A stretch of DNA of 64,000 bases, taken from NCBI GenBank assembly GCA_965207095.1, contig CBDBMC010000001.1, positions 4,832,635-4,896,634 on the forward strand, given 5' to 3'. The notes beneath the pieces were generated by a model. That model ran no database searches, was not told the origin of the DNA, and worked only from the letters and a program-made list of their open reading frames with translations. A program made the translations under genes and the position numbers. This document shows, piece after piece, positions 34,527 to 45,224 of the stretch; positions within the stretch are counted from its first letter, which is position 1, and each line of letters starts with the position of its first letter. The DNA is from Candidatus Poribacteria bacterium (GTDB taxonomy: Bacteria; Poribacteria; WGA-4E; PCPOR2b).

Positions 34527-35519
34527 ATGGAAATTTACCGATGGGAAGGAAAGGGCTTTCGACAACTGGACCCGATGCGCTTTGAAGAAGAACGCGATCT
34601 TGAGGATCTACTTGAACAAGATCCGAACCTTCTGTTGGGAAATGAGCGTATCTGCATAATTAGCCGGCAAGTCCCCATCGGAAAATCTCAGAAAGTCGAT
34701 CTCCTCGCACTTGACCGTCAGGGAAATTGTATCGTGATTGAGCTTAAGCGGGGCAGAGCGTCCCGTGCAGCGATCTCACAGATTCTGGAATACGCTGCAG
34801 CTGTGGCTAAATTTTCCTTCGCCGATATTGAGCGTTTTGCAGGACGCTGGTTTCAAGGACAGGGGCGCGAATTCACCTCGCTGTCAGCATTGCACAGCAC
34901 GTTCTTTGGTTATGAATTGGGTGCAATGCGGATGTCTACCTTCAATCGGAAGCAACGGATGGTGCTTGTGTCCGAAGGCGTTGATGTGCGGGTCCTCGAT
35001 ATCGCTGAGTACCTACGGCGTATGGGCATCGACTTGACGTATATATCCTACTTTTCCTACCAAGCTCCCGACGAACTCCTGATCGCTACAAAGACAATCC
35101 TCGGCACCTCTGGGATTAAGGAGTCTCGCGCTACCTATCAGTACGCGCCCCGGCAATTTTTAACTCGCGAGCGTTTCCTTGCTACGCTTACCGAGAACGG
35201 AGAACTTCATCGGGTTGCGCAGCAATTCTTCGATTATGTGGAATCCTGCGGTGCGATTCTCCGTCCACGGATTGCCCAGATTCGTATGACAGTTGGGGGA
35301 AGATGGTGGATGGGGTCATATCCATCGAAACGAGCAAACCACTTCCGAATCGACGCTCACGGTGATTTCACCCCGAGGCAGATCGCCGAATGTCGATCGA
35401 ATCTCGCCGATGTAACACCCAAGAAATTTGGTGTTTCGTTCAACATTATGTCTCCAGCCCACTTGGAATACGCCGTTGAAATTTTTGAACGCACACGGAA
35501 CGCCATTTTAGAGGAGTAA
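34527..35519 (+). CDS. NucS/DUF91-like PD-(D/E)xK endonuclease with an additional C-terminal domain
   Basis: EERDLEDLL, RQV, VDLLALD..G..IVIELKR, QILEY. Confidence 0.75.
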   Translation: MEIYRWEGKGFRQLDPMRFEEERDLEDLLEQDPNLLLGNERICIISRQVPIGKSQKVDLLALDRQGNCIVIELKRGRASRAAISQILEYAAAVAKFSFADIERFAGRWFQGQGREFTSLSALHSTFFGYELGAMRMSTFNRKQRMVLVSEGVDVRVLDIAEYLRRMGIDLTYISYFSYQAPDELLIATKTILGTSGIKESRATYQYAPRQFLTRERFLATLTENGELHRVAQQFFDYVESCGAILRPRIAQIRMTVGGRWWMGSYPSKRANHFRIDAHGDFTPRQIAECRSNLADVTPKKFGVSFNIMSPAHLEYAVEIFERTRNAILEE

Positions 35520-35585
35520 AAGCGGAAAAAAAGCGGTCCCCCTTACGTTTCACGCATTACGCTTTACCCCTCACACGTTATTACA

Positions 35586-35850
35586 TAGGATTTACGCATT
35601 TTAGCACGGAGCCAAATGTCGGGCCTTCAGACGTATGCCTTTCGGCATGGGTAGTGCGGGGCAAGATGCCCCGCCTACGATTCGCTGCGTAAGTCCTAAT
35701 TATTTAGGATTTACGCAGTTGAATGCTCAACGCCCCCGATGCGGACATCGGGATTCAGAGCAACTTGTCCTGTGGCGATTCACCGCCGCAGGACACGATT
35801 CTCAACGCCCGATGAATCGGGCAACTACAGTCTGCGGTGCGTAACTCCTA
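35586..35850 (+). mobile_element. Two adjacent family D MITEs (35586-35698 and 35705-35850) with different REP cargos
   Basis: TAGGATTTACGCA...TGCGTAA(G/C)TCCTA ends; the second copy is flanked by a TTATT duplication. Confidence 0.8.
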
Positions 35851-35869
35851 TTATTGTTTGGAGGAAATC

Positions 35870-36937
35870 ATGTCAAATAAACTCAAGGTCGGCATTATCG
35901 GTACAGGAATCATTGGCAAAAGCCATGTGCGCGGTTATCAGTCCATGCGTGATGATGTTGAGATCGTCGCAGTCGCAGACATTGATGAATCTGAAGCAGG
36001 GCGGGTTGCTCAAGAGCACAACATTCCGCACGTTTTTCCCGACTTTCGCGACCTGCTGAGAATTGACGAAATTGATAGCGTAGATGTCTGTCTTCCCAAT
36101 TTCCTGCACGCCCCGGTTACGATTGCAGCGCTCGAAGCGGGAAAGCATGTCTACTGTGAAAAGCCGATGGCAAGAACTGGTCCTGAAGCGATTGCGATGT
36201 ATGAAGCAGCGCAGCGGACGGGGAAAAAATTGTCAGTCCAAATGGCAACCGTCTTCACCAAGGAAACTCGGACAGCCAAACGTCTTATCGAGGCGGAGGC
36301 ACTTGGCAGCGTCTACTATGTGAAGACAAGCCACTATCGTCGCCGTGGGCGTCCCTATGTTGATGGCTATGCCACCCCTCATTTCGTTCAAAAAGAGAAA
36401 GCTGGGGGTGGCACACTGTTGGACACCGCCATCTATAACATGGCGCGCATGGTTTATCTGCTCGATAATCCGGACATCGAAACGGTAACCGCCTCCACCT
36501 TTCAAGAACTTGATATGGACGAAGAACGCCGACAGGACAGCGGCTACGATGTTGAGGAACTCGGCACAGGCTTTGTCCGTTTCAAAGGTGGGATCACGAT
36601 GCTTGTGGAGGAGGCGTGGGCTGCGAACATGGATGGCGGTGAAGGCGATCGGATTATGGGATCGAAGGGTGGAATCAAGCTGAATCCATTTAGTTTCTAC
36701 ACAGACCTCTACGGTATGGATGCGGATGTAACCTTGGATATCGATGCTTATGAAAGGCGGCTGCGCTCTCTGGGTCAGATGGGAGATGGCTACGAGAGTT
36801 CACAGCAGCATGTTGTCTGGGGTCTATTAGGGCGTGTTGAGATGATCGATACCGGGGCAATCGGTCTGACTGTTGCTCGTATTACGGAAGCAATGTATCA
36901 ATCTGCGGAACAGCGGAAAGAGATTGATTTCAGGTAG
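35870..36937 (+). CDS. Gfo/Idh/MocA family oxidoreductase
   Basis: VGIIGTGIIG, HVYCEKP, GGGTLLD. ATG at 35870 follows GGAGG. Confidence 0.9.
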   Translation: MSNKLKVGIIGTGIIGKSHVRGYQSMRDDVEIVAVADIDESEAGRVAQEHNIPHVFPDFRDLLRIDEIDSVDVCLPNFLHAPVTIAALEAGKHVYCEKPMARTGPEAIAMYEAAQRTGKKLSVQMATVFTKETRTAKRLIEAEALGSVYYVKTSHYRRRGRPYVDGYATPHFVQKEKAGGGTLLDTAIYNMARMVYLLDNPDIETVTASTFQELDMDEERRQDSGYDVEELGTGFVRFKGGITMLVEEAWAANMDGGEGDRIMGSKGGIKLNPFSFYTDLYGMDADVTLDIDAYERRLRSLGQMGDGYESSQQHVVWGLLGRVEMIDTGAIGLTVARITEAMYQSAEQRKEIDFR

Positions 36938-36971
36938 TAATAATTTTTCAACCTAACGGAGAGATTACACA

Positions 36972-37811
36972 TTGACAGAATCTGAATATACCTATCAGCG
37001 AACCTATCGCGGTTCCTTAAAAGCAGTAATTCTGGACTGGGCGGGAACGACTATGGATTATGGGTGCTACGCACCTGCCGTAGTATTCGTTGAAGTCTAT
37101 AAGCGGAAGGATGTTCCAATCACCATCGAAGAAGCGCGTGTACCGATGGGCGCGCACAAAAAAGTACATATTCGCAAGATTTCGCAGATTGAATCGGTGG
37201 CACAGCGATGGCAGGAAGCACATGGACGTAACGCCGATGAAAACGATGTTGAAGCGATGTTCCAAGAGTTTATCCCGCTCCAACTGGCTTGTCTCGCGGA
37301 CTACGCGGATCTGATTCCTGGCACGTTAGAAGCTGTAGCAGCGTTCCGGAGTCGAGGACTGAAAATTGGCTCGACGACTGGATACCTGCGCGAAATGATG
37401 GAACTCCTCTTCAAAGAGGCTGGAGATCGTGGCTACACCCCTGACTCGACGGTTTGCGCGAGCGATGTGCCTGCTGGGCGTCCAGAGCCGTGGATGTGCC
37501 TGCAAAATGCAATGAATTTGGGCATCTATCCGATGGAGGCAATTGTCAAAGTGGGCGATACCCTTCCAGACATCGAAGAAGGGTTGAACGCTGGCATGTG
37601 GACCGTTGGCCTCGCCAAGACTGGCAATGAAATTGGACTCAATGAGCAGGAGATTGCAGATCTACCCCAAGATGTGCAGGAAGCCAAGTTAGCAGAGGCG
37701 TATCGGCGGATGTATCAGACCGGTGCACATTATGTGGTGGATGGGATTTGGGATGTGCCGCCGATTCTGGATCTGCTTGAGGAACGGTTACGCCACGGCG
37801 AAAGACCGTAA
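36972..37811 (+). CDS. phnX: Phosphonoacetaldehyde hydrolase (phosphonatase)
   Basis: DWAGTT.DYG..AP, PMGAHK (Schiff-base lysine), GSTTGY, GRPEPW, KVGDT..DIEEG.NAG.W. Confidence 0.93.
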   Translation: MTESEYTYQRTYRGSLKAVILDWAGTTMDYGCYAPAVVFVEVYKRKDVPITIEEARVPMGAHKKVHIRKISQIESVAQRWQEAHGRNADENDVEAMFQEFIPLQLACLADYADLIPGTLEAVAAFRSRGLKIGSTTGYLREMMELLFKEAGDRGYTPDSTVCASDVPAGRPEPWMCLQNAMNLGIYPMEAIVKVGDTLPDIEEGLNAGMWTVGLAKTGNEIGLNEQEIADLPQDVQEAKLAEAYRRMYQTGAHYVVDGIWDVPPILDLLEERLRHGERP

Positions 37812-37847
37812 TGGGGGGATGATAGATTGTAGAATTACCCAGCCATA

Positions 37848-38102
37848 GCCAACCCCCTAAATCCCCCTTATCAGGGGGACTTGATATGCAATCCCCTAAA
37901 TCCCCCTTGGCAGGGGGATTATAGTGGATTCTAAAAATAAAGAGACACTTTCGCTCCCCGGTAGGTGCGGGGCGAAACCGAACCGCATACACACCGTTGG
38001 TTGGGTTGAAACGGCGCAGTTGGAAACAGCGCCTACCAATTTGGAGTGTTTCATTAATTCTAAGATCTACTATAAGGTCTATTTATTTTTCTGATCCGCT
38101 AT
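37848..38102. repeat. Tandem AACCCCCTAAATCCCCCTT..AGGGGG hairpins plus an inverted family B MITE (37920-38074)
   Basis: Direct reading of the repeat motifs. Confidence 0.75.
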
Positions 38103-38156
38103 CAATGGTCTGAGATATATGATCGATTCAATCTGACTTTTTTGGGAGAGCACATT

Positions 38157-39200
38157 ATGACCAACGCAACCTATCGAGCGGGCATCATTGGGCTTGGTTT
38201 TATCGGCGCGGCAGACCAGGTCTCCGGGGACGCCCTCGGTCAGTATGTCAGTGGCCTCGACGGCACACACTTCGCCTCTCTGTCCAACCACCCCCGCGTC
38301 AATTTGGTTGCTGGCAGCAGCCGCGATGCAGGACGGAGGGAACGCTTTGCACAACGCGCCAGCGCAACGACCTATGCCGACTGGCGGGAGATGCTGGATA
38401 GAGAGACACTCGACATTGTTAGTGTCGCAACGTATGCGCCGGTACATGCAGACCCCACCGTTGGGTGCGCCAAACAGGGGGTCCGTGCTATCTATTGTGA
38501 AAAGCCGATAGCGACGCGACTCCCGGATGCGGAGCGGATGATCGAGGCATGTGACGAGGCGGGTGCGCTTTTGGTTCTCAACCATCAACGACGCTTTAAC
38601 CTGAACCACCGACGGCTGCGAGAGCTTATCGCTGTGGATGGCTTAGGCGAACTGACCTCTGGGTCGTTGCAGTGGGGATCTGGCAGACTGGGAAATGTTG
38701 GCACGCATATGATTGATGCGCTGCTGATGCTCACGGGCAGAAAAATTGACGCGGTCTCGGCTACGCTCGATCTGGCTGGCAAACCCGATTGTCGGGGACC
38801 AGCATTTCGTGATCCTGGCGGTTGGGGTGTTATAAGATTGGAGGGCGGGATGATGATCACGGTGGACGCGGGGGACTATGCCACAGTTCCGGGACAAATC
38901 ACCCTCAACGGCACTGAGGGACGCGCTACCTCCGATGGCAGCAGTATTACCCTTGAATACTGGGACGGGCGTCGAGAACATTGGGACAGCGCCAACGATG
39001 GTGTATCTGGCATGGACCGGGCTGTTTCCGAAATTGTGACGTGGCTTGATGATGGGCGCGACTTTCCGTATCCTGCCTCCGAAGCGGTCGATACGCTGGA
39101 AGCGATTGTCGGCTTCCACGCTTCACACGCCCGCAATGCGGCGTGGACAGAACTTCCGCTGTCGGGTCCAGACCGTGACCGCGAAGTCCTCAGTGGATAA
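38157..39200 (+). CDS. Gfo/Idh/MocA family oxidoreductase
   Basis: AGIIGLGFIG, IYCEKP, NHQRRF, GTHMID. Confidence 0.88.
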   Translation: MTNATYRAGIIGLGFIGAADQVSGDALGQYVSGLDGTHFASLSNHPRVNLVAGSSRDAGRRERFAQRASATTYADWREMLDRETLDIVSVATYAPVHADPTVGCAKQGVRAIYCEKPIATRLPDAERMIEACDEAGALLVLNHQRRFNLNHRRLRELIAVDGLGELTSGSLQWGSGRLGNVGTHMIDALLMLTGRKIDAVSATLDLAGKPDCRGPAFRDPGGWGVIRLEGGMMITVDAGDYATVPGQITLNGTEGRATSDGSSITLEYWDGRREHWDSANDGVSGMDRAVSEIVTWLDDGRDFPYPASEAVDTLEAIVGFHASHARNAAWTELPLSGPDRDREVLSG

Positions 39201-39243
39201 GGGTGCGAAAGGAAATACCAATCCCGCAATAAAGGAAAAGAAT

Positions 39244-41307
39244 ATGGAGCACAGAGCAGTGAAGTTTCTAAAAGTTCTCTGTTTCCTCACGAGCATCATG
39301 CTCCCTTTTGTCGCCTGTCGCGGGGATAAGACACCTTCCACAGCAGAAACAATAGAAGATGCAGATTCAAACGAATCCATTGAAATCCCATCAAAAACCC
39401 CTCTGCCCCGCCTGCCTTCAAATATTGTACTGGAATCAGATCCAATCTCTGTCAGAAGTCAGAAGTATGATCCGCCCTCCACATACAACGAAGTGCCCTT
39501 CTTCGCGGACTTAGTCGCTGCTGGCAAACTCCCGCCGATCTCCGACCGCCTCCCCTTAGAACCGTTTGTGGTGGGACCGGGGGTGCTGAACTCCGAGAAG
39601 TGGCTTGATTGGGAGGTTGGTCGTTATGGTGGAACTATCCGTACCACTAACCTCAACGGTTCGATGCACGAAGTCGCGTTGGCGATGGGTATGACAATTC
39701 TTAGAGCGCCTGATCAGAGTACCAAGGATCCGCTTCCCGCTATTGTGAGTAGTTACGAGATTAGTCCGGACTTCACCCAATACACACTAACCATCCGCGA
39801 GGGGCTTAAATGGTCCGATGGCGTACCGGTTACCACCGAAGATGTGCGGATGACCTTTGAGCTTTACGGTGATGAGCGAATTTACCCAACCTTCCCCATC
39901 AAAGCCAGAACGTTGGGGCGTGCGGATGGCACCCCCGGAAAAGTCACTATCATTGATAATTTGACCTTCACCGTCACCTTTGATGCGCCCTACGGTCAAT
40001 TCTTGGCGGAACTGTCTTCTTGGATTCCAGATTACACTCTGCTCTTTCGCCCCGCCCACTTCATCAAACGGTTCCATGCGGATTACACTGACATAGCAAA
40101 GATTCAACCGATGCTTGACGCGTTGGAGATTAGGACGTGGGAAGATCTCGTTATCCTCAAGGACATGCGCCACTGGGAGTTATACCGTGAGCATGGCGTT
40201 GGCGTTCCTTCATTGACTCCGTGGATAGCTGAGGAGGTCAACAGCTCGGTAGTCAGGGCGGTTCGTAACCCCTACTACTGGAAGGTCGATATCGCCGGCA
40301 ACCAACTTCCCTACATCGACCGGGTCGAGGCGGAGGTCTCGAACCAACTCCAATCTATCATTCTGAAAACGGCTGCTGGGGAATACGATGTGGTTACCTC
40401 TTTTGCACAGATCAGAGAGATGCCTCTCTATCGGGAAAATGCGGAGCGTTCCAACATTAGGACGGTCCTCCACGGCTCAATTAACAACCCGCCGATCCTA
40501 TTTCTTAATCATGACTACGACTATGAAACGGAAGGCAGCGTTTGGCAGCAACTTGTATCCGATCCACGTTTCGGCAGTGCAATAGCCAGTGCGATTGATA
40601 AGGAGGACGTGAACAATACGCTCTACTTCGGTCATTACACGCTCGATGGCTTCACCAAGGAGACCTTTGACCCGGATGCGTCTAACAGGCTGCTCGACGA
40701 AATTGACATGACCGAACGCGACGCTGACGGCTTCCGAAGCGCCCCAAATGGAAACCGTTTCGAGTTGACAATTACCACCGCTGAAGTCTCGCCGGATTTT
40801 CTCGGTTTGGGCGAACTCTTAAAAAACTATTTTGAGAATGTAGGGATTCGCACGACTCTTGACGTGATTGGCAGTTCGTTGTTCGGTCAGCGCATGAACG
40901 GCAATGAACTGATGGCTACCATCCATTGGAGCGACGAACCCATTTGGGCACCGGGCATCTCCGAGGACTATTGGCCCGGATTTAAGGGGCACTGGGCACC
41001 GATGTCGGAGATGTACTTCAACACGAACGGAGAATCCGGGCGAAAGCCCCCGGAGTATTTACAGGAGTTTTTCGACCTACATGTGGCTCGGAAGGTTGTT
41101 CCACCCCAATCAGAGATAGGGGAAGCGCTTTACGGCGATCTCGTGAATTGGTTTTCGAAGCACTACGTCACAATTTGGCCGGTTGGTAGAATGACAGTTC
41201 CGACCGTATATAACGCGGATTTAGGCAATGTGATTAAAGACGGATACCCTTTTGATCGTGCCTTGGATTACGGTATGGAGCAGCTTTTTTTTAGGACTCC
41301 GCAATAA
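39244..41307 (+). CDS. ABC transporter substrate-binding lipoprotein (family 5)
   Basis: Lipobox FVAC, GKLPPISDRLP.EP, GRYGG, REGLKWSDG.PVT.EDV, RNPYYWKVD.AGNQLPYID. Confidence 0.9.
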   Translation: MEHRAVKFLKVLCFLTSIMLPFVACRGDKTPSTAETIEDADSNESIEIPSKTPLPRLPSNIVLESDPISVRSQKYDPPSTYNEVPFFADLVAAGKLPPISDRLPLEPFVVGPGVLNSEKWLDWEVGRYGGTIRTTNLNGSMHEVALAMGMTILRAPDQSTKDPLPAIVSSYEISPDFTQYTLTIREGLKWSDGVPVTTEDVRMTFELYGDERIYPTFPIKARTLGRADGTPGKVTIIDNLTFTVTFDAPYGQFLAELSSWIPDYTLLFRPAHFIKRFHADYTDIAKIQPMLDALEIRTWEDLVILKDMRHWELYREHGVGVPSLTPWIAEEVNSSVVRAVRNPYYWKVDIAGNQLPYIDRVEAEVSNQLQSIILKTAAGEYDVVTSFAQIREMPLYRENAERSNIRTVLHGSINNPPILFLNHDYDYETEGSVWQQLVSDPRFGSAIASAIDKEDVNNTLYFGHYTLDGFTKETFDPDASNRLLDEIDMTERDADGFRSAPNGNRFELTITTAEVSPDFLGLGELLKNYFENVGIRTTLDVIGSSLFGQRMNGNELMATIHWSDEPIWAPGISEDYWPGFKGHWAPMSEMYFNTNGESGRKPPEYLQEFFDLHVARKVVPPQSEIGEALYGDLVNWFSKHYVTIWPVGRMTVPTVYNADLGNVIKDGYPFDRALDYGMEQLFFRTPQ

Positions 41308-41318
41308 CAACACAGATT

Positions 41319-41876
41319 TATAGTGGACCTTAAAATTAATGAGACACTCCAAACCGATGCGGTTTCATGAAGATAAAAAAATGATTCGGTAATTTGCTAT
41401 CGACACCAGCGCGGTCCGTTCCGAGACCAGGGTTGCAAACCGCGCCTACCGTATGTTTCGCGGAAAATCGGGATTACCGATTTATAGTGGATCTTAGAAT
41501 TAACGAGACACTTCCAATACACAGCCAACCCCCTAAATCCCCCTTATCAGGGGAACTTGGGAAACTTCGCGCAGGTCGGAGTTGTTGGTAAATGTCCCTT
41601 TATTTTTAGAATTCACCATATTTAGGAGTTACGCACTTCAGTTCGTAGTCACGCAATGAATTGCGCGTCCGGACGGGCGATAAATCGCCCTACTACAAAC
41701 CTAAGCCCTTACTGTAGTGGCACAATCAATGGAGCGTATCGGGGCAGGTCCCGATTTATCGGGATCCTCGCTTTCGCGGGAGATGCCCCTCCCACATCTA
41801 TCAAGGATAAATCACCGAACTACAAGGGGTTGAGCGTTCAACTGCGTAAGTCCTATATTCTTAGAATTCACCATAG
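41319..41876 (+). mobile_element. Nested composite: outer family B MITE containing an inner family B (41483-41620) and a family D (41623-41855) element
   Basis: Two left B ends and two right B ends, with the D TIRs between them. Confidence 0.75.
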
Positions 41877-41924
41877 CATTCTTTGGGTAATCAGGGGAAC
41901 CGTAGATAAAGAGATTGTCCACTT

Positions 41925-42872
41925 ATGGCAGTATTCAAAGAAGAACAGAAGTTTAAACAACTCGTTCAAAAAATCGTTCCCCAAAGCAGATTAATTCAAA
42001 TATGGCATTTAAGAGGCGGAAGTTCGGCGCAGATGACTGCGGTTGAGATTGAACGTCCTGATGGCCAAACGAGAAGAATGATTGTACGTCAACCAAGCGA
42101 AGGGACTCTGAAACGAAACCCGCAGGCAGCAGTAAACGAGTTCAGGCTTTTGCAAATAACGCGATCCTTGGGGTTAGCGACACCAACCCCTTATCATCTA
42201 GACGAATCGGGTCAGATCTTCGCAACACCCTACCTTATCATCGAATATATTGATGGCAAGCCGGAATTTGCACCCACGAATTTGGCTGATTATCTTCTTG
42301 AACTGGCGGTGCAGTTGGCTAAAATTCACAGTGTAAACTGCGGAGATCTGGATTTATCTTTCCTGCCCAAAAAGGCTAACAGATGTCCTGAGCTGTGTAG
42401 AAGTCGGCCGGCAGCCTTTGATGAATCGCTGGACGATATCCGAGATAGTTTGGCTTCCATTGGGTCATTATCGCAACGGAATCCATCCGTACTGCTACAT
42501 GGCGACTTTTGGCCCGGGAATGTATTGTGTCGGGAGGAGAAGCTAGTGGCAGTAATCGACTGGGAGGATGCAACGCTAGGAAGTGCGCTCACTGATTTTG
42601 CTACCAGTCGATTGGACATTGGGCTGATATTTGGGATCGATGCAATGGAATGCTTCACACAGCACTATAAATCAAGGATGCCAATCGATTATACTAATCT
42701 TCCTTATTGGGACTTATGCGCTGCGCTACGCATCGCTCGCCTCGTTGGCTCGGACCTCACCAAGTGGGTAGCATTCTTTCGGTCTTTTGGTAGGCATGAC
42801 ATCACGGAACAGACGATGAAAGAAAATTATAGATCTTTCATCACTCAAGCATTTAGAAGGATTGTGGGTTGA
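41925..42872 (+). CDS. APH/choline-kinase-like phosphotransferase
   Basis: LLHGDFWPGN (Brenner motif) and VIDWEDA. Confidence 0.85.
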   Translation: MAVFKEEQKFKQLVQKIVPQSRLIQIWHLRGGSSAQMTAVEIERPDGQTRRMIVRQPSEGTLKRNPQAAVNEFRLLQITRSLGLATPTPYHLDESGQIFATPYLIIEYIDGKPEFAPTNLADYLLELAVQLAKIHSVNCGDLDLSFLPKKANRCPELCRSRPAAFDESLDDIRDSLASIGSLSQRNPSVLLHGDFWPGNVLCREEKLVAVIDWEDATLGSALTDFATSRLDIGLIFGIDAMECFTQHYKSRMPIDYTNLPYWDLCAALRIARLVGSDLTKWVAFFRSFGRHDITEQTMKENYRSFITQAFRRIVG

Positions 42873-42942
42873 ATTGAGATTTGGAGCGAAGGCTAGTCAA
42901 CTGCTCACACTAACAGTTGCGATTTAGCAAGGATATCAGACT

Positions 42943-43941
42943 ATGAGAGCGTTCATCGTACGCAGGTTGATACTGATCATCCCCTTGCTTTTCCTGATCT
43001 CCGTCATCTCTTTTGCCACGATCTTGCTGCCGCCCGGAAGCTATGTGGAGACCTACGTACAGAACCTCGAACGCACCGGGTTCATCATGGATCAGGGGCA
43101 AATCGAGGCAATTTATAGGCAGTACGGTCTTGACCAGCCTGCTGCGCTGCAGTATGTTCTGTGGATGAGCAATTTTCTCCTGAAGGGCGAAATGGGGCGC
43201 TCCTTTATCTACCAACGCCCGGTGAAGGACGTTATTATGGAGCGGCTGCCGATGTCTGCAACTATCGCTATAGTTTCTTTGCTGGTCACTTGGCTGATAG
43301 CTATCCCTATCGGCGTTTATTCCGCGTTGAGGCAATATTCGGTCGGGGATTATGTCGCTACGATCATCGGCTTTGTCGGACTCGCTTTACCGAATTTTTT
43401 GCTGGCGTTGGCACTTGGGTATTGGGTATTTTCCAGTACGGGAAGGGCGATTACGGGTCTTTTTTCTATAGAGTACAAGGGGGCACCCTGGTCGATTGGT
43501 AAGTTCGCAGATCTATTGGGGAATATTTGGCTGCCTATTGTGGTCATTGCCAGTGCCGGGACTGCATCGCTGATCCGCATTCTTCGCGCAACACTACTGG
43601 ACGAAAAAAACAAACAGTACGTTACCACCGCGCGGGCGAAAGGGTTGCCGGAGCGGCGGCTGATTATGAAGTATCCGGTTCGGGTCGCGATCAATCCGCT
43701 CATTAGCACCATCGGCTGGACGTTGCCCTTTATCGTCAGCGGCGAGATCATCGTTTCTCAAACGTTGGGTTTGGAAACGCTTGGTCCGGTACTCTTGGCG
43801 GCGGCTTTGGGGGAGGACATGTTTTTGGTGGGTAGCATTGTAATGATTTTGAGCAGTCTCACGGTTGTGGGCACTCTCCTTTCAGATATTTTGCTGGCAT
43901 GGTTGGATCCACGTATTCGCTTTGAAAGGATTGGTGCGTAG
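42943..43941 (+). CDS. ABC transporter permease (DppB/OppB-like)
   Basis: YGLDQP, KQYVTTARAKGL (EAA loop), LDPRIR. Confidence 0.92.
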   Translation: MRAFIVRRLILIIPLLFLISVISFATILLPPGSYVETYVQNLERTGFIMDQGQIEAIYRQYGLDQPAALQYVLWMSNFLLKGEMGRSFIYQRPVKDVIMERLPMSATIAIVSLLVTWLIAIPIGVYSALRQYSVGDYVATIIGFVGLALPNFLLALALGYWVFSSTGRAITGLFSIEYKGAPWSIGKFADLLGNIWLPIVVIASAGTASLIRILRATLLDEKNKQYVTTARAKGLPERRLIMKYPVRVAINPLISTIGWTLPFIVSGEIIVSQTLGLETLGPVLLAAALGEDMFLVGSIVMILSSLTVVGTLLSDILLAWLDPRIRFERIGA

Positions 43942-43946
43942 CCAAG

Positions 43947-45220
43947 CCCCGATGAATCGGGACAGGCAGAATTCAAAACAACTGGGGCTGTACTAGTTCA
44001 TTGATTCATTGCACTGAATTTTATGGATATATCGCATGTCTGGGGCAAAAGACATACATGTCGCCCCGCTGGGGCTTTGGGATATAGGATTCGGTTTGCT
44101 ATAAACATGGCGCCCCGCTGGGGCTAAAGATATTCCTGCACTATACACATTACGCTCCACCGGGGCGCTGAGATCAGATACATCGGCATACTATAGACAT
44201 ATCGCTCCTTATGAAGATTAATTTATTAATTGGGTAATTTCCGAGCGATGTCCGGTGCGGTTGGAAACCGCACCTACCGGGTCTGGGGGAAATATAGAAT
44301 TACCCGTTTTATTTCTTAAAACTCATTTGGAGCGAAAGCACATCTATCTTCCGAATTGTAGTGAACAACGATCGTTGTTCACTGTCAATCATTGGATTTT
44401 TTATACATTGTCCCTCTCGCTAGAGGTCGGGCAAGATGCCCAACCTACGGATATACGGGTCGATTATCGTACCGTACATAACTGAGGGGTGCTCGTAATT
44501 GTTGTCTGAATCAGGATTTCAGGATTTTCAGGAAAGCATGCCTGATGTGCGAAAATGGGATAAGGGGTGTTGGTTCAGTAAGTCCCGGGGCGAACGGAAC
44601 GGACGCCTGATGTGTAGACGCATCGGCAGGCTATTAAACCTGTGGTGCCAGTGAGTGAGAGCGGCGTTCTCCATTGTTCACGGGCTCATTCATTGTTCTT
44701 ATGTTCCCCCTTCGGCTGCACATGTCGCCCCGCTGGGGCTTTGGGGGATTTGTCTATCGGTGGGCTATAAACATGTCGCCCCGCTGGGGCTAAGTGAAAC
44801 GATGAACCCATGGTGTTGACATCCTGACTCGTCGAGGCTGCTCGCAACGGCATTTCACGTATCACGTTATCAATAACTGCAAACGAGCACCAGTGGTTAT
44901 TTATGAACGCCCCTCACATAACTGAGGGGTGCTCATAAATAGGTTAGAACTCGCACAGTTGAGCGTTTGAAGTGGTGTGTTCCATGATTGATAGCGTGAT
45001 ACCCGATGAATCCCCGACTTATCGGGACAGGCGGGCAACTACAGAAATCTTAAGTTGCTGCAGGGAACGCAGATCTGCGTTCCCTGCATAGGGGTTGGTC
45101 TTGCCAAGGCATCGGGCGAGGAGACCTCGCCCCTACGTTTGCTAAGTTGACTTTGGCTGAATCGAGCGATGATATGCATTGAATAATGAGCAGGTCTCAC
45201 ATAACTGGTAACTTGCGTTA
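43947..45220. repeat. 1.3-kb mosaic of REP-like hairpins, mini-arrays and MITEs
   Basis: Repeat pairs at 44056 and 44719, a 118-bp element at 44210-44327, and tandem TGAGGGGTGCTC elements bounded by CATAAC. Confidence 0.8.
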
Positions 45221-45224
45221 GAAT

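Noticed and set aside
41925-42872. Aminoglycoside resistance gene
   Set aside because: Only generic APH/choline-kinase fold motifs; the substrate cannot be inferred.
44056-44340. Bona fide CRISPR array
   Set aside because: Only 2-4 units per locus, short and partly related spacers, dispersed copies inside MITEs, and no cas genes or leader. Kept as a REP-like mini-array finding.
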